Assembly: GCA_964016885.1 (NCBI GenBank)
Contig: OZ024755.1
Span: 17,484,001 to 17,548,000 of the forward strand
Direction of reading: 5' to 3'
DNA: 64,000 nt
Source of the DNA: Eledone cirrhosa
Lineage: Eukaryota
Shown: piece by piece, positions 13,856-26,921 of the stretch
How positions within the stretch are numbered: the first letter of the stretch is position 1
Layout of the letters: the number at the start of each line of letters is the position of its first letter
Program-made: the position numbers and the translations under genes
The notes under the pieces: generated by a model
The model's input: the letters and a program-made list of their open reading frames with translations, nothing else
What the model was told of the DNA's origin: nothing
Database searches by the model: none

Positions 13856-15342
13856 GTTGCTCTTGCTACTGATGATGATGATGTTGTTGTTGCTGCTTTT
13901 GTTGTTGTCGTTGTTGTTGCTATCGTTGTTGTTGTTGTTGTTGTTGTTGCTGCTGCTATTGCTACTGTTGTTGTTGTTGCTATTGTTGTTAATATTAAAG
14001 TGGGGGATGGTGGAATTGGTAAAGCCTATTTAATATTAAGCTGTGAAGAAGCCACTCTAGTTTACAGTCCGTTGAGATTTTTAATTGCTTCTTGTAACAA
14101 TTATCTTTGTAGCCAATCTAGATTTTTATTCAAATTTATACCCCCTAGTCATTTCGTCTATCATTTAAAAGTTTCAACTTCAGTTAACCCATTCACTTAC
14201 AGCAATTTTATTTGGTATTTTACTGCCCCAGACCTACATTATGTGTTAAGTTTTGTAATTTTCCAAAACATTGATAAAAAATGAATTAAGAGATATTTTG
14301 TCTGAGCCTCATCATCCTCATCATCATCATCATCAATTTTTTCCACACTCACATGGGTTGGACAGATCCTTCTCATCACAGCATCTCTTCATTTGGTGCA
14401 TTTCATCATCATCTCCTCTGTGAGTCTCAGTGATTTGAGGTCAACTCTGCTCAGATCTTTCACAAACCCAACTAAAATATAGCAATATATACAGACTGTC
14501 AGCACTTAATGGGAGCTACTAACCTCTCAGATAGGTTAGGGGCATATAAAGGACCCTGACACAAGCACTTGATTGTGCATACACTAAAAGGCTTAGGGTT
14601 GAACAAAACATACAGATTTTACAGGCAAAACTAACTGGCAGGAAAACCAGGGGTAGACCCCGAGCAAGATGGTTGGATAACATCCATGAGCTTAGCTGGT
14701 CTCATTTAGGGATTCAGCTGGATCAGTTGGAGACAGTTGCTTCTGACAGGACCCACTGGAGGGAGTGTCTGAGGACTCTGCCCCCACAACCCTCTCAAGA
14801 ATAAGTGGCAGAAAAAGAAGTTTATACAGAAACTTGCTCAAGATAACAACTACAAAGGGATGGGAGATTAGACATACAAGAAGCACAATGTAAAAGATGT
14901 ACCAGTAATATTTGGGGGCACTCAAGGGGTTAATGTCAGACAGGTTTTTCTAGGCTGAAGAAGCATATTGTAATAAGAATCATCATATTCATCATTTAAC
15001 GTATGTTTTCCCTACTAGCAAGTCATCACAGACTGTCAGCACTTAATGGGAGCTACTGACCTCTCAGATGAGTTAGGGGCAAGGTGTTCGTCTCATTTAC
15101 ACACACAGTCAAATATTCTACAGAGTGTAGTGGGTGCATTTTATCATGGCCCCAAAACTGGGGATATTTTCACATTCTTGACACAACTGAAGAGTCCTCT
15201 TCAGCCACCACCATCTTCATAATCATCACCACCACCATCTTCATAATCATCACCACCACCATCATCATCACCCACCACCACCACCATCACTGTCGTCAGC
15301 AGATTGTTAATTTTGTATTCCTTTTGTTTAATATTTTGTCAG

Positions 15343-15505
15343 GAAACACAAACTGCGAGAGACTATGTTAGCTGTGCAACAGTTAGACATCAATATGAAT
15401 GTACTACAGAAATGGTTGAAACACATGGAAGAAGAGTTGTTCTCTCCCCTTACTTTTACAGAGTGTAGTAATGAGGAGATAGAAGAAAAACTAGAATGCC
15501 ATCAG
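15343..15505 (+). CDS. SYNE1: Nesprin-1-like exon B
   Basis: gtcAG acceptor, CAG|GTAAG donor, phase 2 to 0, matching exon A. (R)KHKLRETMLAVQQLDINMNVLQKWLKHMEEELFSPLTFTECSNEEIEEKLECHQ is close to recalled human KKLKETLVAVQQLDKNMSSLRTWLAHIESEL...CNSEEIQRKLNEQQ. Confidence 0.92.
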
Positions 15506-15539
15506 GTAAGAAGAAAACCACTGACATTAGATGTGTGTA

Positions 15540-16130
15540 TGAAGGTGCATGGCTTAGTGGTTAGAGAGTTGGATTCGCAATTGTGAGGTTGCAAGTTCAA
15601 TTCTCGGATCAGGTGATACATTGTGTCCTTGAGCAAGACAATTTATTTTACTTTATCTGGCTTTCTATAGGTTTCTCGAACTGCCACTACATTAAATACT
15701 CTCAGCATTAATTTGTGTGATTTAGTGGTTAGAGAATTGGATTCACAATAGTGAGGTTGCGAGTTCAATTCTCAGACCGGGTGGTGATGCGTTGTGTCCT
15801 TGAGCAAGACACTTTATTTCATGTTGCTCTTTCTACCAGAAGTTTCAACTGGTAGATAGTATTAGCAATGGAAAGACCAACAGAAACATTATTTAATTGG
15901 TCCAGATTCTCAGATCAGGCAATGTATTATGTCCTTGAGCAAGACACTTTATTTCATGTTGCTCTTTCAATTCTCGGATCAGGTGATGCATTATGTCCTT
16001 GAGCAAGACACTTTATTTCATGATGCTCTTTCTGACAGGAGTTGCAACTGGGAGATAGTATCAGCGATGGAAAGACCAATGGAAACATTGTTTGCTTGGT
16101 CTCATTTGATGAGTTCCACCCCACTTGGCA
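15540..16130 (+). mobile_element. Cluster of tRNA-SINE heads/bodies (second subfamily)
   Basis: Repeated ttagtggttagag...ccttgagcaagacactttatttcatgttgctc, with body gcaatggaaagaccaatggaaacatt. Related copies at 9255-9472 (-), 32705-32922 (-) and 41970-42180. Confidence 0.75.
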
Positions 16131-16614
16131 AGCGAATGAGGTCTGGGATCTTGTCGATCGATCAGAGTAATGAAAGCATATAGTCATATATGATATATTT
16201 ATGTATAATAAATGTAATGAGATAGCTGTGACATGATCATAGCATATCAAAGACCCCCTTTGATAAGTTTCCCTTCAAGGCCCATGTCCAGGCAAGGTTG
16301 TTTGTGGAAGACCAGTAGTCACCCATGCATACCAACCTCTCCTCTCCATGCCACCGATGATGTCCAAGCGGAAGGCCATGGTCTATACAGCTTGGCACCA
16401 GTGACGTCGCAACTCATTTCTACAGCTGAGTGAAATATGAAATAAAGCAACATGAAATAAAGTGTCTTGCTCAAGCACACAATGCATCACCTGGTCCAAG
16501 AATCGAACTCACAACCTTTCGATTGCAAACCCAATGCTCTATATATGTATTACAAATGAAAGTTAATAGAGAAATTTGCCCAAGAGAACAACTCATCATC
16601 ATCATGTTCCCGAA

Positions 16615-17640
16615 ATTGGTGCAACCAGTCGTGGGGTGTCACTCTAGATGTGTCACTGGTGCAGCAGTCGTGGGATGTCACTCTAGATGTGCCACTGGTG
16701 CAGTCAGTCGTTGAGGTGTCACTCTAGATGTGTCACTGGTGCAGCCAGTTGTTGGGGTGTCACTCTAGATGTGCCACTGGTGCAGCCAGTCGTTGAGGTG
16801 CCACTCTAGATGTGCCACTGGTGCAGCCAGTTGTTGAGGTGTCACTCTAGATGTGCCACTGGTGCAGCCAGTTGTTGAGGTGTCACTCTAGATGTGCCAC
16901 TGGTGCAGCCAGTTGTTGGGGTGTCACTCTAGATGTGCCACTGGTGCAGCCAGTCGTTGAGGTGCCACTCTAGATGTGCCACTGGTGCAGCCAGTTGTTG
17001 AGGTGTCACTCTAGATGTGCCACTGGTGCAGCCAGTTGTTGAGGTGTCACTCTAGATGTGCCACTGGTGCAGCCAGTTGTTGGGGTGTCACTCTAGATGT
17101 GACACTGGTGCAGCCAGTTGTTGAGGTGCCACTCTAGATGTGCCACTGGTGCAGTCAGTCGTGGGGTGCCAGTCTAGATGTGCCACTTGTGCAGCCAGTC
17201 GTTGAGGTAGCACTCTAGATATGCCACTGGTGCAGCCAATCGTGGGGTGTCACTCTAGATGTGCCACTGGTGCAGCCAGTCGTTGGGGTCCCACACTAGA
17301 TATGCCACTGGTGCAGCCAGTCGTGGGGTCCCACACTAGATGTGCCACTGGTACAGCCAGTCGTTGGGGTCCCACACTAGATATGCCACTGGTGCAGCCA
17401 GTCGTGGGGTGCCACTCTAGATGTGCCACTGGTACAGCCAGTCGTTGAGGTGCCACTCTAGATGTGCCACTGGTGCAGCCAGTCATTGAGGTGCCACTCT
17501 CGATGTGCCACTGGTGCAGCCAGTCGTTGAGGTGCCACTCTAGATGTGCCACTGGTGCAGCCAGTCATTGAGGTGCCACTGTTGCAGCCAGTCTTTGGGG
17601 TTCCACTGGTACAGCCAGTCGTTGAGGTGTCACTCTAGTT
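16615..17640 (+). repeat. 41-bp GC-rich minisatellite (about 25 units)
   Basis: Unit tgtgccactggtgcagccagtcgttgaggtgtcactctaga, period 41 (16811 to 16852). Confidence 0.95.
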
Positions 17641-17830
17641 CCTTTTGCTGTCAGTTGTTGCCATGGGTCCCTATTCTCCATCATGCATAGAAGGGTCCCT
17701 GTATTGAGATCAGTTTAGTGTTTGATGTTGAGGGACCAGGATTTTCTTTGACTATCTTTCATTCACTCTCCCTCCCTCAATTGTGCCCTGAAGGGTGGTT
17801 TTGGGTCTTCCTGGCTAGGTTGTGGCGCCA
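17640..17830 (-). mobile_element. Degenerate RTE LINE 3' fragment
   Basis: Minus-strand KTTLQGTIEGG...RKSW..NIK...ENRDPWQQL. Confidence 0.6.
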
Positions 17831-20800
17831 GAATCCCTAATTTAGCATAGGAAATAGCCTTAAAATACTTGTAGATTGTATCTATAGCAATGTTTATTGA
17901 ACTGTTATACTGCAGAATCTACTGGCACAAACACACATGCATACATACTTACGCACATACATATATACATGGTGGCTGCCAACTCGTTTTCGAGTATGGC
18001 CACTACATTATATCCATGTAGGAGAACCCCTACCGATGCGCTGAACGAGTGTGACTTTTTAGTCCAGCCAGCGACTTGAAAACTCTGGTACAAACACTAC
18101 ACTTGTGACAATTATTGACACATAGTGCTGGGCCCTTGGTACCATGTGACGACAAGTGCAGAGAGATCTCCAGATATAAAGCAATGCCTGTGCTGTGAAG
18201 CTTTTATAGTGAGCAAAGGTACTGCACAAAGCCAGTCCCACTCTCTTAACCAAGATGATATTTACCAAAAAGAAGAACAAGTCAACATCATTGGATACCA
18301 TTAGGGTTGCAAGTGTTATATCAGAGTTTTCCTTCTCCTAGAATTCTCCCGGTGATTTTGGATGGCCATTGACTCTTAAGAGCTCCTTTGCCCTTTGACA
18401 GGTTTTGTTTTTAGTCCTGCAAGATGTCCAAAGTCACCCTGCTCACCAAGAAACTTTGGTGGGGTTGCCAGTTTAGTCGCCAACGACCCGACCATGAGAC
18501 AGATTGTACTGGGATACATGTTACCAGTAGCACCAACTGGTGACCTGACATAACATATATACATACACACATATATACATACATACAGACGCACACACAT
18601 GCACATTCATACATATGTACGTCCATCCATACATACATACATCATCATCATCACCGTTTAACATCCATTTTCCACATGCATACATACATATTCATAATAC
18701 ACACACACACACACACACATATGCACATATGTATGTATCTTGGTTGTATGTATGTATTTTGGTTATATGTGTGTATGTTGGTTGGTTGGTTGGTATGTAT
18801 TTATTTTGGTTGGTAGAATGTATATATATATGTTGGTTGGTGTGTATATATGTTGGTTGGTGGTATGTATATATATATGTTGGTTGGTATGTATGTATTT
18901 TGGTTGGTTGGTATGTATATATGTTGGTTGGTTGATGTGTATATATGTTGGTTGGTATGTATATATGTTGGCTGGTTGGTTGGTTGGTGTGTATATATGT
19001 TGGTTGGTGTGTATATATGTTGGTTGGTATGTATATATATGTTGGTTGGTGTGTGTATTATGTTGGTTGGTTGGTATGTATATATGTTGGTTGGTTAGTT
19101 GGTGTGTATATATGTTGGTTGGTTAGTTGGTGTGTATATATGTTGGTTGGTTGGTTGGTTGGTATGTATATATGTTGGTTGGTTAGTTGGTATGTATATA
19201 TGTTGGTTGTATTTTCCTGTTCAAAAGTACATAAATTTACATGTTGCCTACATAAATAATGGTTTTTGCTTTCAATGATATAAGATAAAACAATGTATTT
19301 TTATTTATATATTCTTGTTTATTGAGTATGCAAAGAAAAAGAAACACTTTACTAACCAAATTTTTGCATTGATTATATATATATTATTTTTACTAATTTT
19401 TTGTATATTTATTTTCTACTGTCTCTTGTCTAAGACTAATTATTTATTATTTATTAAGCAGTTTGTTATTTGTATACATTGGCTCTACTTCTGATTGATA
19501 AGTTTGTTGCTATTAGTATGATCTGCAACCTCATATATAATTTATAGCATATATGTGTATACATTTTAAGAGATATTCAATATCTATAGGTTTTATAGAG
19601 TAAATAATGTATTCTTGTCGTTTAGATATTAATTCATAAATTTAGAAGAAAAAAAATCTATAAATATTTGTCTAGAATGAACAATAAGAATTAATTAACC
19701 CTTTTTGTTGCCATAATGCTAATGAAAGATGGTGCCTATTATTTAAATATACAGGGTGTATCAAAGAGAATCATCCGATTTTATTTACATTTTTTACAAA
19801 TGCTCAGTATGTAAATAATTTTATAAAAATGTATAAAAGTTATAGAAAAAGAATAAAACTTAATATTCAGACATGTATTGTACAAGTTACCACATGATTA
19901 TATAGTCATTTGTTTAAAAATATAGCCTTTTGAAATATAGCCTTTTTGATACATCGAGTACAGTTAATAGAGCTTAGCCAAGAGGAAGGACATGGATTCT
20001 AAGACCGGTTAACTCTTTCATTACCATTTTTCTAATGACAGACACTGTCTGTGATTTTAAAATAATCTAGAATTTTGAGAGATTTAGGAATATAACTAAC
20101 ATTCTTTCTATTTATCTGGTTATTTGGAACAAAACTTAACAAATGCACCTACATAAAACCCTCTGCTAAGGTTAGCTTTGCCTTTCATCTTTATGGGGGG
20201 TCAATAAAATAAAGTACCAGTAAGCACTGAGATTGATTAAATCGACTTTCCCCTACCCTGAAATTGATGGCCTTGTGCCTAAACCAGAAACCATTATTAG
20301 CTCAGGTTTTTTTATCACCAATAAAAGACTAAGAAAGAAATTAAAAATATGATCATCCTAACATATTTAGAGTCAATACAAAATCAGTGTTGTAAAAACT
20401 AAAGCACAAGTATATTGAAACTAATTATTGGAGGGGCTTAAACCCCCAAAGCCCCTCAGTGGTGGAAGGCTTGAGGATGGTTTTAAATAAATGTAAACAC
20501 TTCTTAAATAATTTTTTTTTTCTGTAGAACCTGGAGAGGTTTCATGTAGTTTGGTATCAAGAGCATTAAATATGCGTTATAAACCGTTAGTAGATGATCA
20601 ACTAAAATAACATTTAACATTTTCATTACCATATTTCTAATGAATCTTGATATATTTTTTAAATAATCCAGAATTTGGGGGGGATTTAATGGTATAACTA
20701 ACTTCTTCAATTATTTATCTGGTATTTGGGATATAACTTAACAAGGTTCTTAAATAAAATTAAGCCTGGTCGGTGTTAGGAAGGGAATTCAGCTGTAAAA

Positions 20801-23296
20801 ACCCAGCCAAAATACAGTTCTGTTTGAGCAAAGTATTGTATGGCCAACTAACCAAACTTGTCTCATAACCTGGGTGACCCATCTAACCCTTGCAAGTGTG
20901 GAAAATAAGACATTTAACGGTGATGATGATGATGATGATGATAAACAATTTTAAAGTAAAGATGTTTTTTAATGTAAGAGCAGTTTCAGTTGGTTTGGTA
21001 TCAAAAAAGGGTTAAATATATGACACAAGATGTGTTACAGATGAACTGAAACATTATTTGATGAAAGAAAAAGATGTAAGAAAGATAGTTTGAGCTGATT
21101 TTCAGCAGATGCATGTGATACAAGAAATAAGAAAGGAACAGCTAGAGAGAAAGAGAGAGAGAAATGGAGAAGTCTTATACAAATCAGTTGTAAATATGGA
21201 AATGAAGAGGTTGATATAATTAGTATTAATGATAACAATTATAAAGAGGAAAAGGATAATTAACCTTTTGAGCAATTATTATTAACGAACAGTTAAATAG
21301 AAAATGAGATACAATTCACATACAGAGAGACAGGGGCAGACACACACATATATACACTGAGACACACACAGACATATACACATGCAAGCACAGACACACA
21401 GACACACACATATTTACACTGAGACACACACACACACAGACATATACACATGCAGGCACAGACACACAGAGACACACACATATACACTGACACTCACACC
21501 AACACACAGATACATGCACACACAGACACACAGTGACACATACATACACAGACACACACAGACAGAGGCACACGCAGAGACACAAGCACAGACATATACA
21601 CACACATATACACACAGACACACATATACACTGACACTCATACAGATACACACAGACAGACAAAGGCACACCTTCACACAGACATATACACACAGAAACA
21701 TACACACAGATATACATATATAAACTGACACCCACACAGACAAGGACAGAGGCACATACACACACACACACACACACAGATACATGTACAGAGATATACG
21801 TACACACACACACACACACTCACACAGAGACACAGTTACAGGCACAAGCATACACAGAGACATATAAACATATACAGACAAACACAGGTACCATGCTGCT
21901 GAATCTCCCTGAGAATTACATGAAATATATATTAAGTGTATGTATGTCTGTGGAATGCTCAGCTGCTTGTCCATTAATTTCACAACAAGCAGGTTATTCC
22001 ATTGGTTTAACAACTGGAACACTAATCATAGTATGCATGGCTTGCATGGTTCCATAACTCTTGAGGGAGTCCTAGGGACGCCATATTGACATACAGTGTT
22101 TCTAGGGCATTTTCAAACCTGGTGGACCCCATCTCCTCTCCAGGTCTAAATACAGCAGATTTCTTCCAGAGAAGGACATAGAGTGTGAGGGAATGGGAGT
22201 GAGAAAGAGATATAGAGGAAGAATCAACCCCAGTAGTGGGCTGGTATATATTTTTATCAACTTTCAATGACTGAAAAGCAAAGTAGACTTCAACAGAATT
22301 TGAACTCAGAGATTTGAAACACAGAACCAAAACAAATACCGCAAAGTTCTAACGGTTCTGCCAATTCGCCACCTATTGATCAATGAAACTGATAGAAATC
22401 CATTCCTTATTGATATCTCTTTATCTATTTTATTTTATCTATATTTTATATTTTCCTTCTCATCATTATCTATGCACAAGATAAAATTTTCCAAGTGAAG
22501 CAACTGACAGCCTCTGATTTTACTAGACAAAGATTTGATATATTGCGTTTGTGCGTTAGTATTCATATTGCAATAGACATTGGCTTTATGAGTTTGCATT
22601 GCATTGCTTGTCTTCCATTCTACTCTTCGCATTATGAACAATAAACTTGATTCTATTCTTCCCCAACCACGCTACTCTACCTGCACATCCCCCCTCCCCC
22701 ATATAATTCAGGTGGAAAATATGCAGTTTTGTGTATAAAATATCTATTATCTTGGTTCAGGTAATTCTTGCTGTTCTTTATAATTTTGACCAAAGCTTTA
22801 GCTTTATTCGTAAAATATTTCACCGGAATAATGATAATAATAATAATAATAATTCCAAAACTATTTTCTATTTGATATCTTCTTCTTATAAGCAAAAGAA
22901 TGAACCTATGTTGTCATTGCTACAGCATCATCACTACCTCTACCACCACCATCATCATCAGCATCCTCATCACTCATACACAGTGCTGGACTTACCTATA
23001 AGCAAAATAAGCTATAGCTTGGGGCCAGACACCATCAAGGGCCTCATTTTTTTTTATATATTTTTATTTTATCATTAGTTTTTATTCTATAACACTAAAA
23101 CATCGAAAACTATATATATTTTTTTTATCTAAAGACATTTTTTCCAATTCCAACCCGCCCGTCCCCTCAATCTATCTTATTTCTCATTCTTTCTTCTGAT
23201 GAAGGACTAGCATCCTCTTCCTGCTATATCAAGTGTTAACCTAATATATCCCTTCCATATACTGTACCGATTGTGTTGTTATTTCTGTTTACCTTT

Positions 23297-23382
<86 letters not shown>

Positions 23383-23556
23383 GAACACTGGAAGGTAATA
23401 TCCGTAGTGGTAGAACACTCAGTCCATGGGACGAGTTAGGTGGAAGTGGTTACACAATAGTTAGTTCACCATACTGAGAACAATTGTTTCACCTTATGCA
23501 GATCTTCAGCACGGACTAATTATTCTCGGTATGGTGAACTAACTGTTGTGTTACCA

Positions 23557-23604
<48 letters not shown>

Positions 23605-24090
23605 GAGGTTATATTTAATTTGTTGGGATACAACAAGCTAAAAATATTTTAATTTAAATATTCTGTTATTTAAACCTTTCCGACACCCATTTGCATACTA
23701 AATCATAACAATAAATCTAATATCTCCACTATCCAGGAAGCTCCAACCGTTAAGGTTGCATTTTTCAGGGTATGTCAATATTTATTTATAAAACTAATCT
23801 GTATTGTATTTTATCTGATGAAAGCGCACCATAATCTGCCTTGGTGACCCTTGAAATATGTATAATAAAATAAATATGGTTTTATAAATATAGTTTCCAT
23901 TTGTTAATATATTGTATATATATATATATATACTGAGATAAAAGTTAAGTAGAAATATCCAAGAGTAAGAGTACTCAGTCCATAGGACGAGTTTAATATA
24001 AATAATTACAACAGTGACATAAACAGGTATTCAAGTTTCCTTGGGTTCTGGGGCCCAATTTCTTCAGCCTTTTTCAGCATTTTTCTCATG

Positions 24091-24140
24091 ACAGACTGAA
24101 GAAATTGGGGCCCAGAACCCAACGAAACTTGAGTACCTGT
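24091..24140 (+). ncRNA. Hammerhead ribozyme motif (inverted twin at 24023-24072 on minus strand)
   Basis: ACAGa-CUGAAGA-aaUUGGG(gcccagaa)CCCAAc-GAAA-CUUGAG-UA-cCUGU. The consensus of the two copies gives a perfect stem I ACAGG/CCUGU. Confidence 0.65.
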
Positions 24141-24959
24141 TTATGTCACTGTAATTATTTGTATATATATATATTTAAGTAAACGAGGTATCGTTTAAGG
24201 CAATCCAAGTAGCCAATCTGTGTTTTCTTCACTCCTTTATTAAATATATATATCATCATCATCATCGTTTAACCTCTATCTTCCATGCTAGCATGGGTTA
24301 GACGATATATACATATATATACGTATTTAATGTCCAAGTGGCTGAGCATTTCACAGATGTGTATTCTTAATGTATATATCATCGTCATCATCATCATCAT
24401 CGTTTAACGTCTATCTTCCATGCTAGCATGGGTTTAGATGTCTATGAATATATCATCTAACCCACATATTCCTCCGTTTATATTTGAGTATATACTCGAA
24501 TATAAGCTGAGGAATATGTAACCAAAAAATCAATGGTAGAAAGTGGGGTGAGCTTATATTTGGGGTCAATAGTTTGACAATTTTCGCCAACTTTAAATTC
24601 TACATAAATAATGTTTGGACTTTGGCCCATTTCTCAGACATAAAATAGTGGGATAGGGCTTATAGTCAAGTATATATAGTAATTCTCATTGAGCCAAATA
24701 CCATGAAAACACTGGGGTCAACTTTGCCTTTCATTCATTCAAAGTCGATAAAAAATTTACTGGGATCGATTCTTACTTTATATCTCAGTCTCACTTCCAT
24801 CTTTTCACTTCCATTCTCTTCAAATCTGCTATATTCAGACCTGGGGATGATTGGGCTCTGCCAGGTTTTAAAATGGTCACACATTCTAATATTACAACAT
24901 GAAAGATTAAATAGTTTATAATGAAGAAAATGATATAATAATAATGAAAATATTGTGTA

Positions 24960-25225
24960 CAGTGCTCAGGTGCACTACAACTCATCAAAAAATGTATGTA
25001 TAGTACATAGGGCAATGTACAAATGTCAGGAAAATGAACAGGGCATGAGTCATACACATGTGTGCATGTGTATGGAAGGGGTACATCGGGTGTAGTTTTG
25101 GCAAATTTCGGGAAGCATGAGGGTTTTAAAGGATGCAGTGTCTCGGCAGCTAACAACTGATGCAGGCAATTTTGTTCCATGCTTGAGCAACTCTGAGCGT
25201 GAAAAAATGTTTCCGAAAAGGCTAA
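24960..25225 (-). mobile_element. CR1/L2-like LINE 3' fragment
   Basis: Minus-strand FRKHFFTLRVAQAWNK/LPASVVSCRDTASFK, the conserved CR1-group C-terminus, with a frameshift. Confidence 0.65.
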
Positions 25226-25389
25226 GACAAGGGGAAATGAATGGTAAAATGAAGGCAACATGGATGGTAAAATGAAGACAACAAAATATTTTGTGTTATC
25301 TCATATTTATTGTTTTTATATTCGTTTTAAATAGTTTGTTAATTTGCTAATTTGCTGATTGTCTTTAATTATTTGTTAATCCAATACAG

Positions 25390-25577
25390 GGCTTACAAAG
25401 AGAGATTGAACGTTACAGTTCTGGTATTACTTCAGTTCATAATCTTTGTGAGGTTCTTTTACACGATTCTGATGCCTGTCGGACTGAAGCTGAATATAAT
25501 GCACTTAATGAAGCCAGGAATACTCTTGACAAACGGTGGGAAAATATTTGTCGATTGTCACCTAAAAGATATGCTCG
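25390..25577 (+). CDS. SYNE1: Nesprin-1-like exon C
   Basis: tacAG acceptor, CG|GTGAG donor, phase 0 to 2. GLQREIERYSSGITSVHNLCEVLLHDSDACRTEAEYNALNEARNTLDKRWENICRLS contains the diagnostic nesprin motif NLCEVLLHDxDAC. This frame is not in the ORF track. Confidence 0.95.
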
Positions 25578-26479
25578 GTGAGTTCACATTTTTTTTTTTT
25601 TTTTTGTTCTTCTTCTGCACCCACTTATTCATATGAGGGTCATGGGGGCAGAGTCCTCAAATACTCCTTTCAGTGGGTCCTATCAGAAGCAACCATCTCC
25701 AATTGATCCGGCTGGATCTCCAAATGATGTCTGCTGAGCTTCTGAGATTATCCGACCATCTTGCTCAGGGTCTACCCCTGGGTCTTCTGCTGGCTGTTTT
25801 TGCCTGTAAAATCTGTCCAGTGATTCTTTCCTGGGACATTCTAACCCCATGCTTGTATTTCAATTAATTAATGAAGAATTTTGAGGGATTTACTAAAATT
25901 ATCAATTATTTCATTATTAAGATGTAAGGGTTTTATATAAAATTATGTTGGAAGATTTTAATTTAAATTGGAAACCTTTAAAATGGGTGATTTTATTTCA
26001 TAGAACCAGAGCCACTTTTGGCCAGGTTGGTAACTAAAGGGTTAATGCATATTGGTGAGGGAATGTTTGCCTATCAGTCAGATGGTTGCCTTCTTTTTTT
26101 TAACAGCATCTAGAGAGTATTGCATTAAGATTAAATAATATGCCTTATGTATTACAATAACACAGATTGTTGGGTGATAATTTAACTAGAACAGGATGTT
26201 AGTGATCCGTAGTTATAACTGATCATGAAGAAATTGGAAGAATGTGCTAATAAGATGAATTAGTACCAGAAAATCCCTCGTAAAAATTTGTTTGTTCACA
26301 AGCTCTATTAGAGTATAAGGTGCAGAAAGAAAAAGCTTTTCAAAAAGAATTATCTAAATCTTATCATTTGGTAAAAATGGCTTATGCTGCATTATTTTTT
26401 TTATTTTTTCATAAAATATATCTTTCACAAGTCAATCCTTACATTCTGACACCTTATCTTGTTGGTTATTTTATTTTAG

Positions 26480-26624
26480 CATTGAAGAAACCTGGTGTCT
26501 TTGGAAGATATTTCTCCGAGATTACAATAGTTTCACAAACTGGCTTGGAATCATTGAAAACATTCTTGTAAAATACAGTGATTCACAGATATCGGAGAAA
26601 GAACGTGTGTATGAAGAAATTGAG
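26480..26624 (+). CDS. SYNE1: Nesprin-1-like exon D
   Basis: tttAG acceptor, GAG|GTATG donor, phase 2 to 0. (R)IEETWCLWKIFLRDYNSFTNWL... compares with recalled human IEETWRLWQKFLDDYSRFEDWL. Confidence 0.92.
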
Positions 26625-26700
26625 GTATGTAAAAGATTACTTTTTTCGATTTCTTCCTAAGACCCACCATACCTTGTAGAATATATGTTAATCAGGATAA

Positions 26701-26921
26701 CCCTTTAGCATTTACATTACTCTATATATACTATTATATTTTCATGGTAAAGGCTTTACCTCACATAATTATCCCACACAATATTGAATGTATGAGATTT
26801 TGATATTATTTATTTTGAGAACAATACCTTAGCATAAGTATGAGAAGCCAGTTACAGCCGGTTTGAACAGAAAGAGGTGAGAGAACTCTGGTCGGATACG
26901 GCCAGTTTAAATGCTAAAGGG
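26701..26921. mobile_element. TTAA-type (piggyBac-like) MITE, about 220 bp
   Basis: TIR CCCTTTAGCATTT...AAATGCTAAAGGG with ATAA/TTAA flanks. Copies at 33276-33487, 50130-50329 and partial 37236-37454. Confidence 0.8.

Noticed and set aside
16615-17640. CRISPR-like regular array
   Set aside because: Contiguous 41-bp units without unique spacers, in a eukaryotic context with no cas genes.
20540-20600. Possible Penelope ORF remnant (LVSRALN...)
   Set aside because: The sequence matches the ttggtatcaaa..gggttaa terminal motif of other local repeats, and it is too short to call.
22435-22641. 68-aa minus-strand ORF as a nested gene
   Set aside because: No recognisable homology and no partner exons.
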